Source: Amoebophrya sp. A120 (Eukaryota; Protista; Dinoflagellata). Taken from it: 64,000 nt of DNA. The notes under the pieces were generated by a model, which made no database searches, was not told the origin of the DNA, and saw only the letters and a list, made by a program, of their open reading frames with translations. This document shows, in pieces, positions 12,478-22,544 of the stretch. Made by a program: the position numbers and the translations under genes. The stretch covers positions 1,922,001-1,986,000 of the forward strand of contig CAJINV010000008.1 in NCBI GenBank assembly GCA_905178155.1. The letters are read 5' to 3'. The number at the start of each line of letters is the position of its first letter. The stretch's first letter is position 1.

Positions 12478-15400
12478 TTACTGCTCGACGACCCGCTTCG
12501 TGTGGCTCGCGGCCGAAAAGGCCTCGCTCGGGGTACCCTGCTGGTTGTAAGGTTCCCTCTGCAGATCGAATGCATGGAACGTCGGCAGACCTGATTGTTG
12601 AAATGGCGGATGAACCCCTATCTGTGCAGCTGGCACGTGTAGCTGTTGTGACCACGTTCCCACCGATCCCGCAGGATGAGGCGAAAACGGCAGCGGTAGC
12701 AGGTGGTATTGCTGCTGCAGATGGAGCCCTTGATGTTGTAGGTGCGGCCCGGAAAGAATTGTACCGGAACAAGCGTTCTGCGGATAAGTTTGCAGGCCCG
12801 CTGCGGCAGCAGAAACGAACTCCAGCTGGCCGCTGGTGTGAGAAGTAGATGTCGCACAATTCACTGGCTGAGCTAGCTGTTGTTCCAGAGCAGGTCGTGC
12901 ACCAGAAGTAGTTTCTTTACTGCCTGCATGTGCATCTCCTGTCCCAGCCGTGCCAGCTCCGGTTATACTTGCAGAAGGCTCCTGCGCCACTAAAGTTTTA
13001 TCCACAACAACGGCGGCCGGTCTGAGTCCCCTGAAGCCTCCTGTGTCTGGCGGCGAAAGAAGGCCTGGCGCATTGGAATTTGACATGACACGGTGCAGCA
13101 TGGGCTGGAAGGGAAGTTGTTCTACCAGTGACGGGTTAATCGACGAGGTCTTTCGCACCCCCCCGGCGCGGTCAGTGGATTCTTGCTGGTTCTTCCCGAT
13201 CAGTCCGACGTAGTTTTTGTTGCCACTACTAGGTGGATCATTGGCCAATGCATCCTCTTCTCCAATCTGTCGCCGGTTTGCGTTCGCGGCCGGGGTGATT
13301 CGCGTCTCGCTGTTACCCCTCCGCAGTGAAAAAACCTTCGGGCGATTCGGCAGGAAAAAGCCGGACGCGTTCTTCTTTATTTCCGACTTCGCACCGACCG
13401 AACTATCCGGTCTGGCGCCTTGCGGCGCTCCTTCATTTGGTTCCTCACTCACAACTCTGTTCTTACGAGCAGGGCTGCTTGTTTTCGCCACTCTTTCAGC
13501 TACTTGCATCAGCAAGCGCTTCGTTTCGCTTATGGTCCCACTTCTGGTTACACCTTTCGACTGCTCGGGATCATCTTCAGAGCGGCCAAGAACATTTTCA
13601 TGATTTACTATTTTGTGTTGATGATCACTCGCAAGAACCCCGTGTTCTTTTGTCTCTTGCTTGCTCCTCGCCGCAGCAGTCTTCTCGCCGACAACGCCGC
13701 CTCCCCAGTTGGTCCACTTTTTTCCCTTTGCCTCTGTGTGGTCCTCGCAAGTAGCATTCCCCCCGCTGTCCTTTCCTCCTGGTCGCGCCTGCGCCTCCTG
13801 CCGGACCTCTCGTCCTGTTTTTAGTGTAGTGGTCCCAGCCGCGGATGTTCCAACGGAGAGGTTCTTTGCAAGAACTTCGAGCCCGAGCTCTGCGCGCGAA
13901 AAGAGGGACTCGCCGAAGATGACATTTTTCTCGAGCTCCGTGGCCGCCGCGTCCAGTTCGACCTGTGTGAGGTCCCGTTTCTGAAAGTCCTTCTGCAGCA
14001 GGACCGCCGCGTCTCCCGAGCAGAGCACGCGCCCCGGGGGACAGATTTCCACGAGCTTCTTCGTCTTGCGCATCTCCTTGCCCCACAAGTGGTAGTCCAT
14101 GCGGAACTTGCTGCGAATCAGGCCCCCCGCGAAGGGCCCGCTGTGAACGGCGATCTTCACATTCATCGGGTTCACCACCGAATCTACCCACTCGATTTCT
14201 TCGTCTGCTTTTCTCGCTGTAGCGGCTGCCTCAGCCTCGTCCGGCCGCGGCGCTTCTTCTGCGTCATTCCCGTCCTGGTCCTGTGCTGGAAGGTGGCTCC
14301 ATGGTGGGGGTGGGACGGGTGCGTGGAACGGGCTCACCGCCGAAGTAGACTCGTCCAGTGCAATGTTTTTTGTGAACAAGTGAGATCCAGCACCACCTCC
14401 TGGCGCACAGGCGAACACTGCGCTCGTAGCTGGCCCATACTGATGCAGCTGCTGGTGCTGCTGCGTGGTCCCCGGGTGGTTGGCAAAGAAGAGCCCAGAC
14501 TTGTGGTGGGGGTGCGCTGTCGCGTGTTGCATGTGCACCGCAGCACCTCCTGTTCTCATCAAGGTATTTGGATTGGCGTTGCCGAGCCGCGCTATACTGT
14601 CCCGTGCGGTTTTTTGCTTTACCACCCAAGTGCTCAAACCGGTCAAATTCGACAGCCCCATGGCGCGCTCGCTTGCGCGTGCTTGCAACTTCGTGCGGCG
14701 AGAGTCCAGCAACTGCTGCTGTCTGGCGCTGAACAGACTTTCCCGAGGACCACCTCCCGCTGGTGCTCCTCCTCCCGGTATAATACTGCTGCACTGGGGG
14801 GGCCAGGACATTTCCACGACCGGAGGGTGCTGGAGCACGTTGCCGCTTGCCTGCGCGACGGGAAGCGACTCTTCTTTGATGTGCCTTGCATCCCACCCAA
14901 AGGCGGGATGGATCGTGTTGCCGCATGCAAGCGCGGAGACAGTACTTCGATGCCGATGCAGAGTTTGCAGATGCGGCGCGGCGGCCATGGGCGGAGTGTA
15001 GATTTGCGTCATTGCTTCCCCGGAGGGTGCAAATGCACCCGTCACCCCCGTTGTGCCCAACTGGCCCGGAACGGGCACACGACTGGTGGACCGGTCCTGT
15101 CGAAACACATAACTTTGTGGCCTTCGTCCGGAGTGGGCGAGATCCGAAAAAGCATTGAGAGAAGGCACGGATTCGTTTTTAATGTTACTCGCATGCTCCT
15201 GCCCGCCGCCGCTACAAACTTGCGAGGCTAACGCAGCGCTCACCATGGGCTGGCCGGAGAGACGACTCGCCGAAGACACTAGGTCGGTGCCGCTACTTTC
15301 CAGCATCACCGGGCCGGGTGTATTTGCGCCTTTACCGGCAGACACCAATGAATCTGTTGGCACAAATTTTTTGGCCAGCGATTGCTGCGGAGGGAGATGC

Positions 15401-18400
15401 GCAGCTCCCGGTACTCGGGCCTCTTGGTCTGCACCTAGAAGAGGCGGCGCTCCTACGCAGCCTTGATATGGGAACTTCCCCGAGTCGTCCCGTTGCGCGT
15501 TAAAATCACCCTGCCGCCCCGGCTGCGAGTTCATTGTCGATAGCACGGGCCAAGTAATGGCGGCGGCATCATGATACGGTGGAGTAGTCAGGGTCTGGAT
15601 TGCGTCCGAAGATGAGGCTACTGCCCCTGATACAGCGACCGCACTGTTTTTGTTTGCAACGACTCCTGGGCCGCGGTGGTGGAATACATTAGAAATAGAA
15701 CAAGTCGCGGAGGTAATACTGTTGTTGATACCGCGCATTGTGTGATGTTGCTCGTAGAAAACCGGGTGCCCTGCTGCGGCCCCTCCAGCAAAACCGCCGG
15801 GGGTGGTGTTCAGAGTGCTGGCCGGCCCTCCCATCGGGGCTGCAAGGTGGCCACTTGTTCCGAGGTTTCCCATAGCTCGCCGATCCAATGTTTCTGTGCT
15901 GAACAGCGGGTCCGTGTCGCGCAAATGGTCGATTCGCTTCCGCGCATCCACCGCGAACCGCGCAATTGCCTGCGCGTGGTGGTCGTCTTCGTCGGGGATG
16001 CCCGCGGCCGCGATGTAGTAGACGCCGCTCGTCTGCACCCGGTCGATACCGTGTGTCTCGGTAATCAGGTCGAGCAACGAGAACACTTTGTCCAGGGCCT
16101 GCACGGCCTCTCGCGGCTGTTCCTGCTGCCACTTGTCACAGATGCAAACCTGCACCACGCAAACAGACACGCAGCGGTACTGCCGTGCGCGGGTGAATTG
16201 CCGCTCGTTGTCGAGCAACGCTGGGTTTTTCAACACATAGCGGTTCTGCTTTATACTCTCGTGCAGGTCCAGTCCGTGGGTGCTACTCACACTGGATGAG
16301 GTCGTCGAGGCGGATGATGTGCTCCTCGCACTCCCTCTTCTCCTCCGACGACTGGCACTCCCAGCACCACGTTGACCCCGCTGATCAGACTCTACATCTG
16401 ATGTTGAAAATGTTCTTGATCCACCACTACCAGTAGCGGAACTACGCGCGCAAATCGGGGAGGAGCTGCTGGAAGACGTCGAAAGCTCGTTGTCTTTTCC
16501 CTTTCGGAATAGCTTATCCAAGAAGCCGGCGCAGGACTTCGACTTCCTCCCGTCACGCCGCGGATGACGTGATAAGTGTTGTTCTCGATGATGTAGTTGA
16601 CCACGACCTCTTTCCTTTCGCCCACTTCTCGGCATCCTTTCCTGTCTTCTGCGGTTCTTCTGCCGCTCTAGCCTACTCCTTCTTCTACATGTTGGTGTCT
16701 TCATAGTACCCTCCAGTGTGCACGAGCTAGTACATGTCTGGTCTGCACCAGCATCGTCCCCGTCTTCGCTTCCGTAGAGGCTGGTGTCCCCGTCGACATC
16801 ACGATCGTCGTCCCAAGGGCGTGACAATCCATCATCGCTCCCGGAAGAGGGGCTTCTGCTAGTCGAGTCGCGAAAGAACAAGTTCCGACGAGGACTTTCG
16901 TTGCGAGGAGGGCGAGCATCCCCAATGTTCACCACGTGATCTTCATTCTGCTGGAGGTCTCTCGTCCCCGCGCGACTTGCGCTACGACCGGAATGTTGAC
17001 TCGTTGTTCCGTCGCAACTTCGGGAATTATTGCGGAGAAGTCGTCTCTCATCCGGGGAGGGAGACAAAAAGCCAAACGAATCTGGCACCTCAATCACGTT
17101 TTTGATGTTGTCAGGAGTGTATTTATCATCACGATCTTCCTTTCGCGATCTTTGTTCGTCGACACTGCTACCACACGAACTAAGACTTCGCCCCACCCTT
17201 CGGGAGATAATCATGCCACCTCGAACCGGGTCCGGCCGACAAACGTATTCGCTGCGCAGCGACACCATCTCGATCGCGCCTGACGAAGAACCCGTGTCGC
17301 CACGGGGCGTGGTACGTGGGGCCGCCGGGCGTGGCGTGTTGTAAGAACGGGAGGAATTGTAGTCATTTTCTTCATCTCTCCGTCCACCCGCCCCGAAGTA
17401 GAGATTACAACTAGCCCGCGTCTTTTCTTGCTCGCGGACAAGGCGCCGGTCCTGCTCCCTTGTTCTCAGAAAAGCCTCCATTCGCTTCTGGTCTTCAAAG
17501 ATCTGCGTGCTGCATCCCCCGGGCAGGCAAGCCCGGATCTCCCGCCGGTAGTGCTCGATTTCTCGTTGCAGCCGCAGTCTCGCGGCCTGGGAGTATCTCG
17601 GATCGAGGCCGCGATCAGATGAAAATTCGTTTCTTATTTCCTGATGCGGAGTTGTTGGAAGTAGATCGTCGGAGTCGTCGTCTGTTGAAAAGTCAAGTTT
17701 GCGCTTGTTCCCAGTTGTAGCTCTTGCGAAACCAGCACAGTTCGAGGACCTTTCGGTGTTGTACTGACGCGCACGAGCAGTGGGTCGTCGGCAACGCGGG
17801 CGAGGGGAAAAGAAATAAAGGTCGTCGGGGTGCGATCTTCTCCTGCTGCAGAAGGTGTTGGCGTGCAACAAGGACGAGAATGTGTCAGAATTTCCATCCT
17901 CGCTCCGCCCGACATCTTCAAGAACAACTTCTCGATACAATAAATCATCTTCCTCTACATAAGGGCGAATCAGGACCCGATCGCGCTTCTGTTCCAGTGC
18001 GCCGCCAAAATAAAAATGGCTTTTATGTAGCTTCTGTGGGTCCACCTCGCGATTGGAACAATCATAATTGCCGGATGATGTGCTATGCGCGGTCAGACCT
18101 CCGAGCCCGGCTTCTTCCTCCATCACCACCTCCTTGTAGATCTCGTCGGCCATGGCCTTCGGCACCAAGTTCTGAATGATTTGATCGCCAATCTCCCGCT
18201 CCTGCTGCAGCTGGTGCGAATTCAAAAAATCCTTCCGCAACAGGATTTCCCGGGAGTAGACGAAGAGGAGGAGCAGCGACATGATGACGAAAAAGAGCAA
18301 GAAGTCGATGATGGGCAAAAACACCCAGAACAGGGGTTTGTCCAGCGGAAAGATGAACGCCCCCGATTGCCGCGGGTACCCGAACAAGGTGATCAGTTCC

Positions 18401-21400
18401 TTCTCCATCACCTCCCGGTCGTTCATCGCGATGAAGGGGAGCAGGCTCTCGCTAATCACTGCCCAGCTCTTGGCCGAGTGGTAGTAGCACAGGTAGTATC
18501 AACCGTAAAAGTGTCTGGGTCTGGAAGAATTCATGTTTGTCATGCTTGTCTGGCATGACTCTCAAATCTGTCATGCACGTTACCCAAGAGCTCCGCTTTT
18601 CTGTGATGCAGAAGCGCAGTTTGTCATGCAGAATAGGCAACACCTAGGAGCTCAGAAACTTGTCATGCTAAGCCAGCACCTGTAGCCTCATCTTGAGACG
18701 CCACCCAGCCTCACAAGTTTCCAGACCCAGACATTTTTACTTTTGATAGGTAGAGGCAGGAGTACCCCGGGATGACATCAAATGTAAAAGCGTCTGGGTC
18801 TGGAAGAATGCAAGTCTGTGTCTGTCATGCTTGTCTGGCATGACTCGAGAATTTGTGTTGCATAGGCACGAAAAAGCCCTCTGGCCTGTCATGCAAAAAC
18901 GCAGTTTGCCATGCGGAATACGTAAGACATGGCAACCGAAAAATTTGTCATGCACAGCTGCGTACTCCAGTGCGTCTATCATTCACTTTTAGCATCACAA
19001 GTTTCCAGACCCAGACATTTTTGCAATCCATAGATGAACACGAGAAACAAGAAATACACAAACCGCAAGCGGAAGACGAACAGCGCCAGCATGTAGAAAA
19101 TGATCAGGTTCCAGGTCGTCTGCAGCGGGAGCCGCACGCTGTTCGGGGTGTGGTCCCACTCGTCCTCCTCGCTCGTGTTCTCCGCGACAATGTTCAGATT
19201 GGTGGAGATCCCCGTGTGATCAACTGCAAGGCGATGTCTGGCTTTGGACGAAAGTTGTCATGCTTCTAACGCATGGATGATGAGCAGAGAGCACAATGGT
19301 AGACGGGCCGAGTCGTGCGAGAACAAATTCTTATTCGAAAGCTCTGTGTATTCGGTATTATTCCGCATGAGAAGTCAGAGTCACATTTTTTTTGCAAAAC
19401 ATAATAAAAGCCGCTTTTATTATGTTTTGCAAAAAACGAAAAATAGCGATGCTGCTTCACGCAAGTTGCATCCCAAACTCTACAGGAGCCATGTGGTCAG
19501 CGTCAGAGGACAAGTACTTAATACAAGTGTAGTTACCGCGAGAATCTTCGTCCAGACCCAGAGATTATGTTTGCAGTGCATACGTGCGGGCCTCCCACTC
19601 GTCCCTCTTTCGGTGGTAGTTTGGCAGGTAACAGGGCAAAACAAAAACGATAACCCAATTCAGATAGCAGTGATCCAGTATCAACTGTAAAAATGTCTGC
19701 GTCTGGAAACTTGTGATGCTGTGTGGCGTATCATGAGGAGACGACAATTGCTGGCTCAGCATGACAAGTTTCTGAGCATCTAGGTGTTGCCTATTCTGCA
19801 TGACAAACTACGTTTCTGCATGACAGAAAAGTGGGGCTCTTTGGTAATGTGCATGACAGATTTAAGAGTCATGCCAGACAAGCATGACAAACTTGCATTC
19901 TTCCAGACCCAGACATTTTTACATTTGATATCCAGGAGGCAGAGAAGCGACCCCAGCAGTTGGTAGTGCTGCAGGAAAAACTCCCGACACCCGAGCAGCA
20001 ACAGAAACCACTGCAGCATGTAGACGGGCGCGAGCCAGTTGATCGCGGAACAGATGAAGCCGTGCTCCAAGCACTGGAAAAAGGAGAACAGCAGTAAGAC
20101 GCCGCCGATGCAGCACTGGAAATCCTCCGTGATCCCCTTGTTGCGGTGCATGTAGTCGAAGCAGAACGACTCTTCCATGATATCGTCCTTTTGCGACAGA
20201 AAGCCGCCGGTCGGGGCCCCCACCCCAGCCATCTGGTGCTCCATCCACCCTTGCAGCGTCATGGGATCCTTCTGCACGGGCACGCCGCACTCCTTTCCCT
20301 TGCCCCGCTTCAGTTTCTTCGTGCGCTTCCGACGCCTCCGCTTTTTTTTCTTCTGACCCGCTGGCGGTTCTTGCTGGTGCTGCTGCAAAACACCACCTTG
20401 TTGCGCGTTCATTGCGGACGTCGCGCTTGCAGTTGCGGTTGCGGATTCGGTTGCCCTGCCGGGGGCGGCATTTGTTCTGTTCTTCGCTGATTGATGGTGG
20501 TTGGCCATGTGGTCGTCCCTGTTGTGACGCAGAGTCGGGCTCCTGATCGGGTGTGTCGGCGTTGCAGTTACACCGGTGGTCGTATCATGGTGCGCAGGGG
20601 ACCGCGATTGGTCGCGCGGCTGCTCTCGCACGATCGTTCCGTTCACAATCTTGCAGGACGGTTGTGGTGCGCAAGACCGGGGCTGGATTTTTTCGCTCGC
20701 ACAGGGGTCCACCTCTTCCTCTTCCTCGTCGGTTACCCACTCAGAGTACTCTTCACTCGAAGAACTCGAGTTGTCCACTGCGGCGGCCGCGGCACTGCGG
20801 CCGCCCAGTGCCAGAGAACTTTTCCGTCCACTTTTTCGGTGTTTCTTTTGTAGCTTCTTCAATTTCTCTTCCGTAATTTCGCCAGGCTTCTCCCAGGCGT
20901 TTCGCGGGCTCCGGGGCTTGCTGTCTGTTTTCACCTTCTCCTCGTCCGTCGTCGATTCGAGCTCCTCCAGTTCTTTCAGCCGAAGCTGCGCTAGCTCCTG
21001 ATCTTTGCGAGCGTTCGCGAACTCCAGGCTCACAAAATGCATCGGGCGTCCGTACTTCTGCCACAGCGCGCGCCGTCGTGTGCGTTGCGCCAGCGATTCG
21101 TGCCCGTATCGGTCTTCTGCTTGAAGATGGCTGCCATGTCCTCGCGTTATTCCGCCTGAGCGGAAGTAGTCTGCCCAACACGAACCTGTTGACCCATAAT
21201 CTGCAGAATCCGCTCCTACCTTGTTTTTATTCCTTCTATGAGGAGGACAACGTACCCAAGAGGCAACTCACCCATGGGGGATCAAAAAAAAAGTTTCAAT
21301 TAGTGCCGGACTGGCCGGCAAAATACCTATATAAAATAGTTAATTGCAATAGCTAGGTGATTAAGTAGTTAGATAAGACGTTTTTTAGGGGTTGTAGGGT

Positions 21401-22544
21401 GCTAGATCGCCAAGTCCAGCTCCACGGATTCGCCTCGGAACCCTAGCAAAAAACCGAGGAAGCGCCCCATGGTGTGGCGTCTGTCTACTGCCCGCGCTTT
21501 CCATTGTGCGTGGCCTGTGGGAGATTTGGCGCAGCTAGCCGCATCCAGCGGATGGCTGACGACAAGCCGGCACGGTAGACACAAAAAGCCGCGCGCCCTG
21601 GTTATGAGAGAAGGCGGAGCAGCGTGCCATCGGCTGCCGAGGGGGGTTTCGCCAAAAAGCACCCGCAAGCCAAGTGCAACATGGCCCGCAGGCCGCGGCC
21701 TGCAGGGCCGCAGGCGAGAGGCGGGGGCGCGAGGGGGGGCCGCGGGAGGGGGTCCACACAGGGCCTCCCATAGGGCATATTTTTACCCCTAGCCCCGACG
21801 CTGTGGTCGTTTTGTCCCTTGCCAAAAAGGGGGCATCTCGGAGGGGCATCGCGGACGGGGATCCCGGACTCTCGTGTTGTCCTTTGTGAGGTCAATCTGC
21901 CCAGGTAGGAACACAACGAAGCCGGGGCACTTTGGGTAGCCTCACAAAATGGCTCCCAAGCTCGGCGGAAAGTGGCAGCAAGGCACAAACAAAACACAGA
22001 AAACGGCGGCAAGGTGCGACACGGCCGTCGCAACTACGTCGTCCTGCTGCCTTGCCACAGAAGGCTGGCCGCCGATCCTCTGCCCCCTGCGAACCTTCGT
22101 GCCCTATCTGCGCCAGGCCCTCGTGTGCAGTATCCCGGCGCCCCTGCGTGGAGACAACCGAGGCGAAGCCGTGGAGCTGGATATCGGCGATCTAGCACCC
22201 TACAACCCTTTGAAAGCGTCTACTTTACATAGCTAATTCACATAAGGCAAGCTAGTGTATTTTAACTAGCGAAATTACTTATGTTCAATTCGTTTACTGT
22301 GAAAAAAAAAAAAATTATCCCCTTGGGTGCGTTGCCTGTTGGGCACGTTGTCCTCCTCATACCTTCCTTCGCCTGTGTATAATGTCTCCACAGGTTCGCG
22401 AAAGATATTTCTGTTCCTCTCACCTTCTTGCTCTATGCCGTATCCACGAAAACAGGCACGGAAAAAACTCCTCAGACAGTTAAAAACTGGCATCCGGCTG
22501 CATGTTCCACCTCCCTGCGAATTGGGCCGCCGCTTCTCCGCCAT
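12478..22544 (-). CDS. Membrane class III adenylyl/guanylyl cyclase-like protein, catalytically degenerate (~2596 aa)
   Basis: Removing five elements gives a 7791-nt frame from MAEKRRP (start inferred): transmembrane block (…FVFRLRFVYFLFLVFIPGY…), helix QEREIGDQIIQNLVPKAMADEI, and cyclase halves VSVCVVQVC…AVQALDKVFSLLD…HGIDRVQTSGVYYIAAAG and MNVKIAVHSGP…YHLWG…PGRVLCS. Confidence 0.8.
18497..18748. mobile_element. Introner, GTCTGGGTCTGGAA family, 252 bp
   Basis: TATCAACCGTAAAAGTGTCTGGGTCTGGAA...TTCCAGACCCAGACATTTTTACTTTTGATA; direct repeat GGTAG at 18492-18496 and 18749-18753; join reads YSCLYLCYYHS. Confidence 0.95.
18776..19032. mobile_element. Introner, GTCTGGGTCTGGAA family, 257 bp
   Basis: CATCAAATGTAAAAGCGTCTGGGTCTGGAA...TTCCAGACCCAGACATTTTTGCAATCCATA; direct repeat GATGA; join reads FLVFIPGY. 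Confidence 0.95.
19218..19582. mobile_element. Introner (degenerate, 365 bp) with an internal perfect hairpin
   Basis: GATCAACTGCAAGGCGATGTCTGGCTTTGGACGAA...TTCGTCCAGACCCAGAGATTATGTTTGCAGTGCATA; flanks CGTGT/CGTGC; join reads WEARTGISTN. Confidence 0.85.
19388..19436. repeat. Perfect inverted repeat, 24-bp arms, 1-nt loop
   Basis: TTTTTTGCAAAACATAATAAAAGC-C-GCTTTTATTATGTTTTGCAAAAAA. Confidence 0.95.
19679..19930. mobile_element. Introner, 252 bp, inverted sibling of 18497-18748
   Basis: TATCAACTGTAAAAATGTCTGCGTCTGGAA...TTCCAGACCCAGACATTTTTACATTTGATA; direct repeat TCCAG; join reads LLCLLDHCYLN. Confidence 0.95.
21237..22361. mobile_element. Long introner (1125 bp) with two-tier inverted repeats
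   Basis: ~44-bp TIR TATGAGGAGGACAACGTACCCAAGAGGCAAC.../...GTTGCCTGTTGGGCACGTTGTCCTCCTCATA; second inverted pair 21376-21438 / 22158-22221; direct repeat CCTTC; join reads TGEGRNKNKVG. Confidence 0.93.

Noticed and set aside
18452-19966. Recurring peptides such as FQTQTFL, MSGSGR and MLPILHDKLRFC as a protein family
   Set aside because: They are translations of introner TIRs and interiors, not genes.
6145-22361. Autonomous transposase in the long elements (6145-9729, 21237-22361)
   Set aside because: Only short ORFs without recognisable DDE, HUH or reverse-transcriptase motifs.
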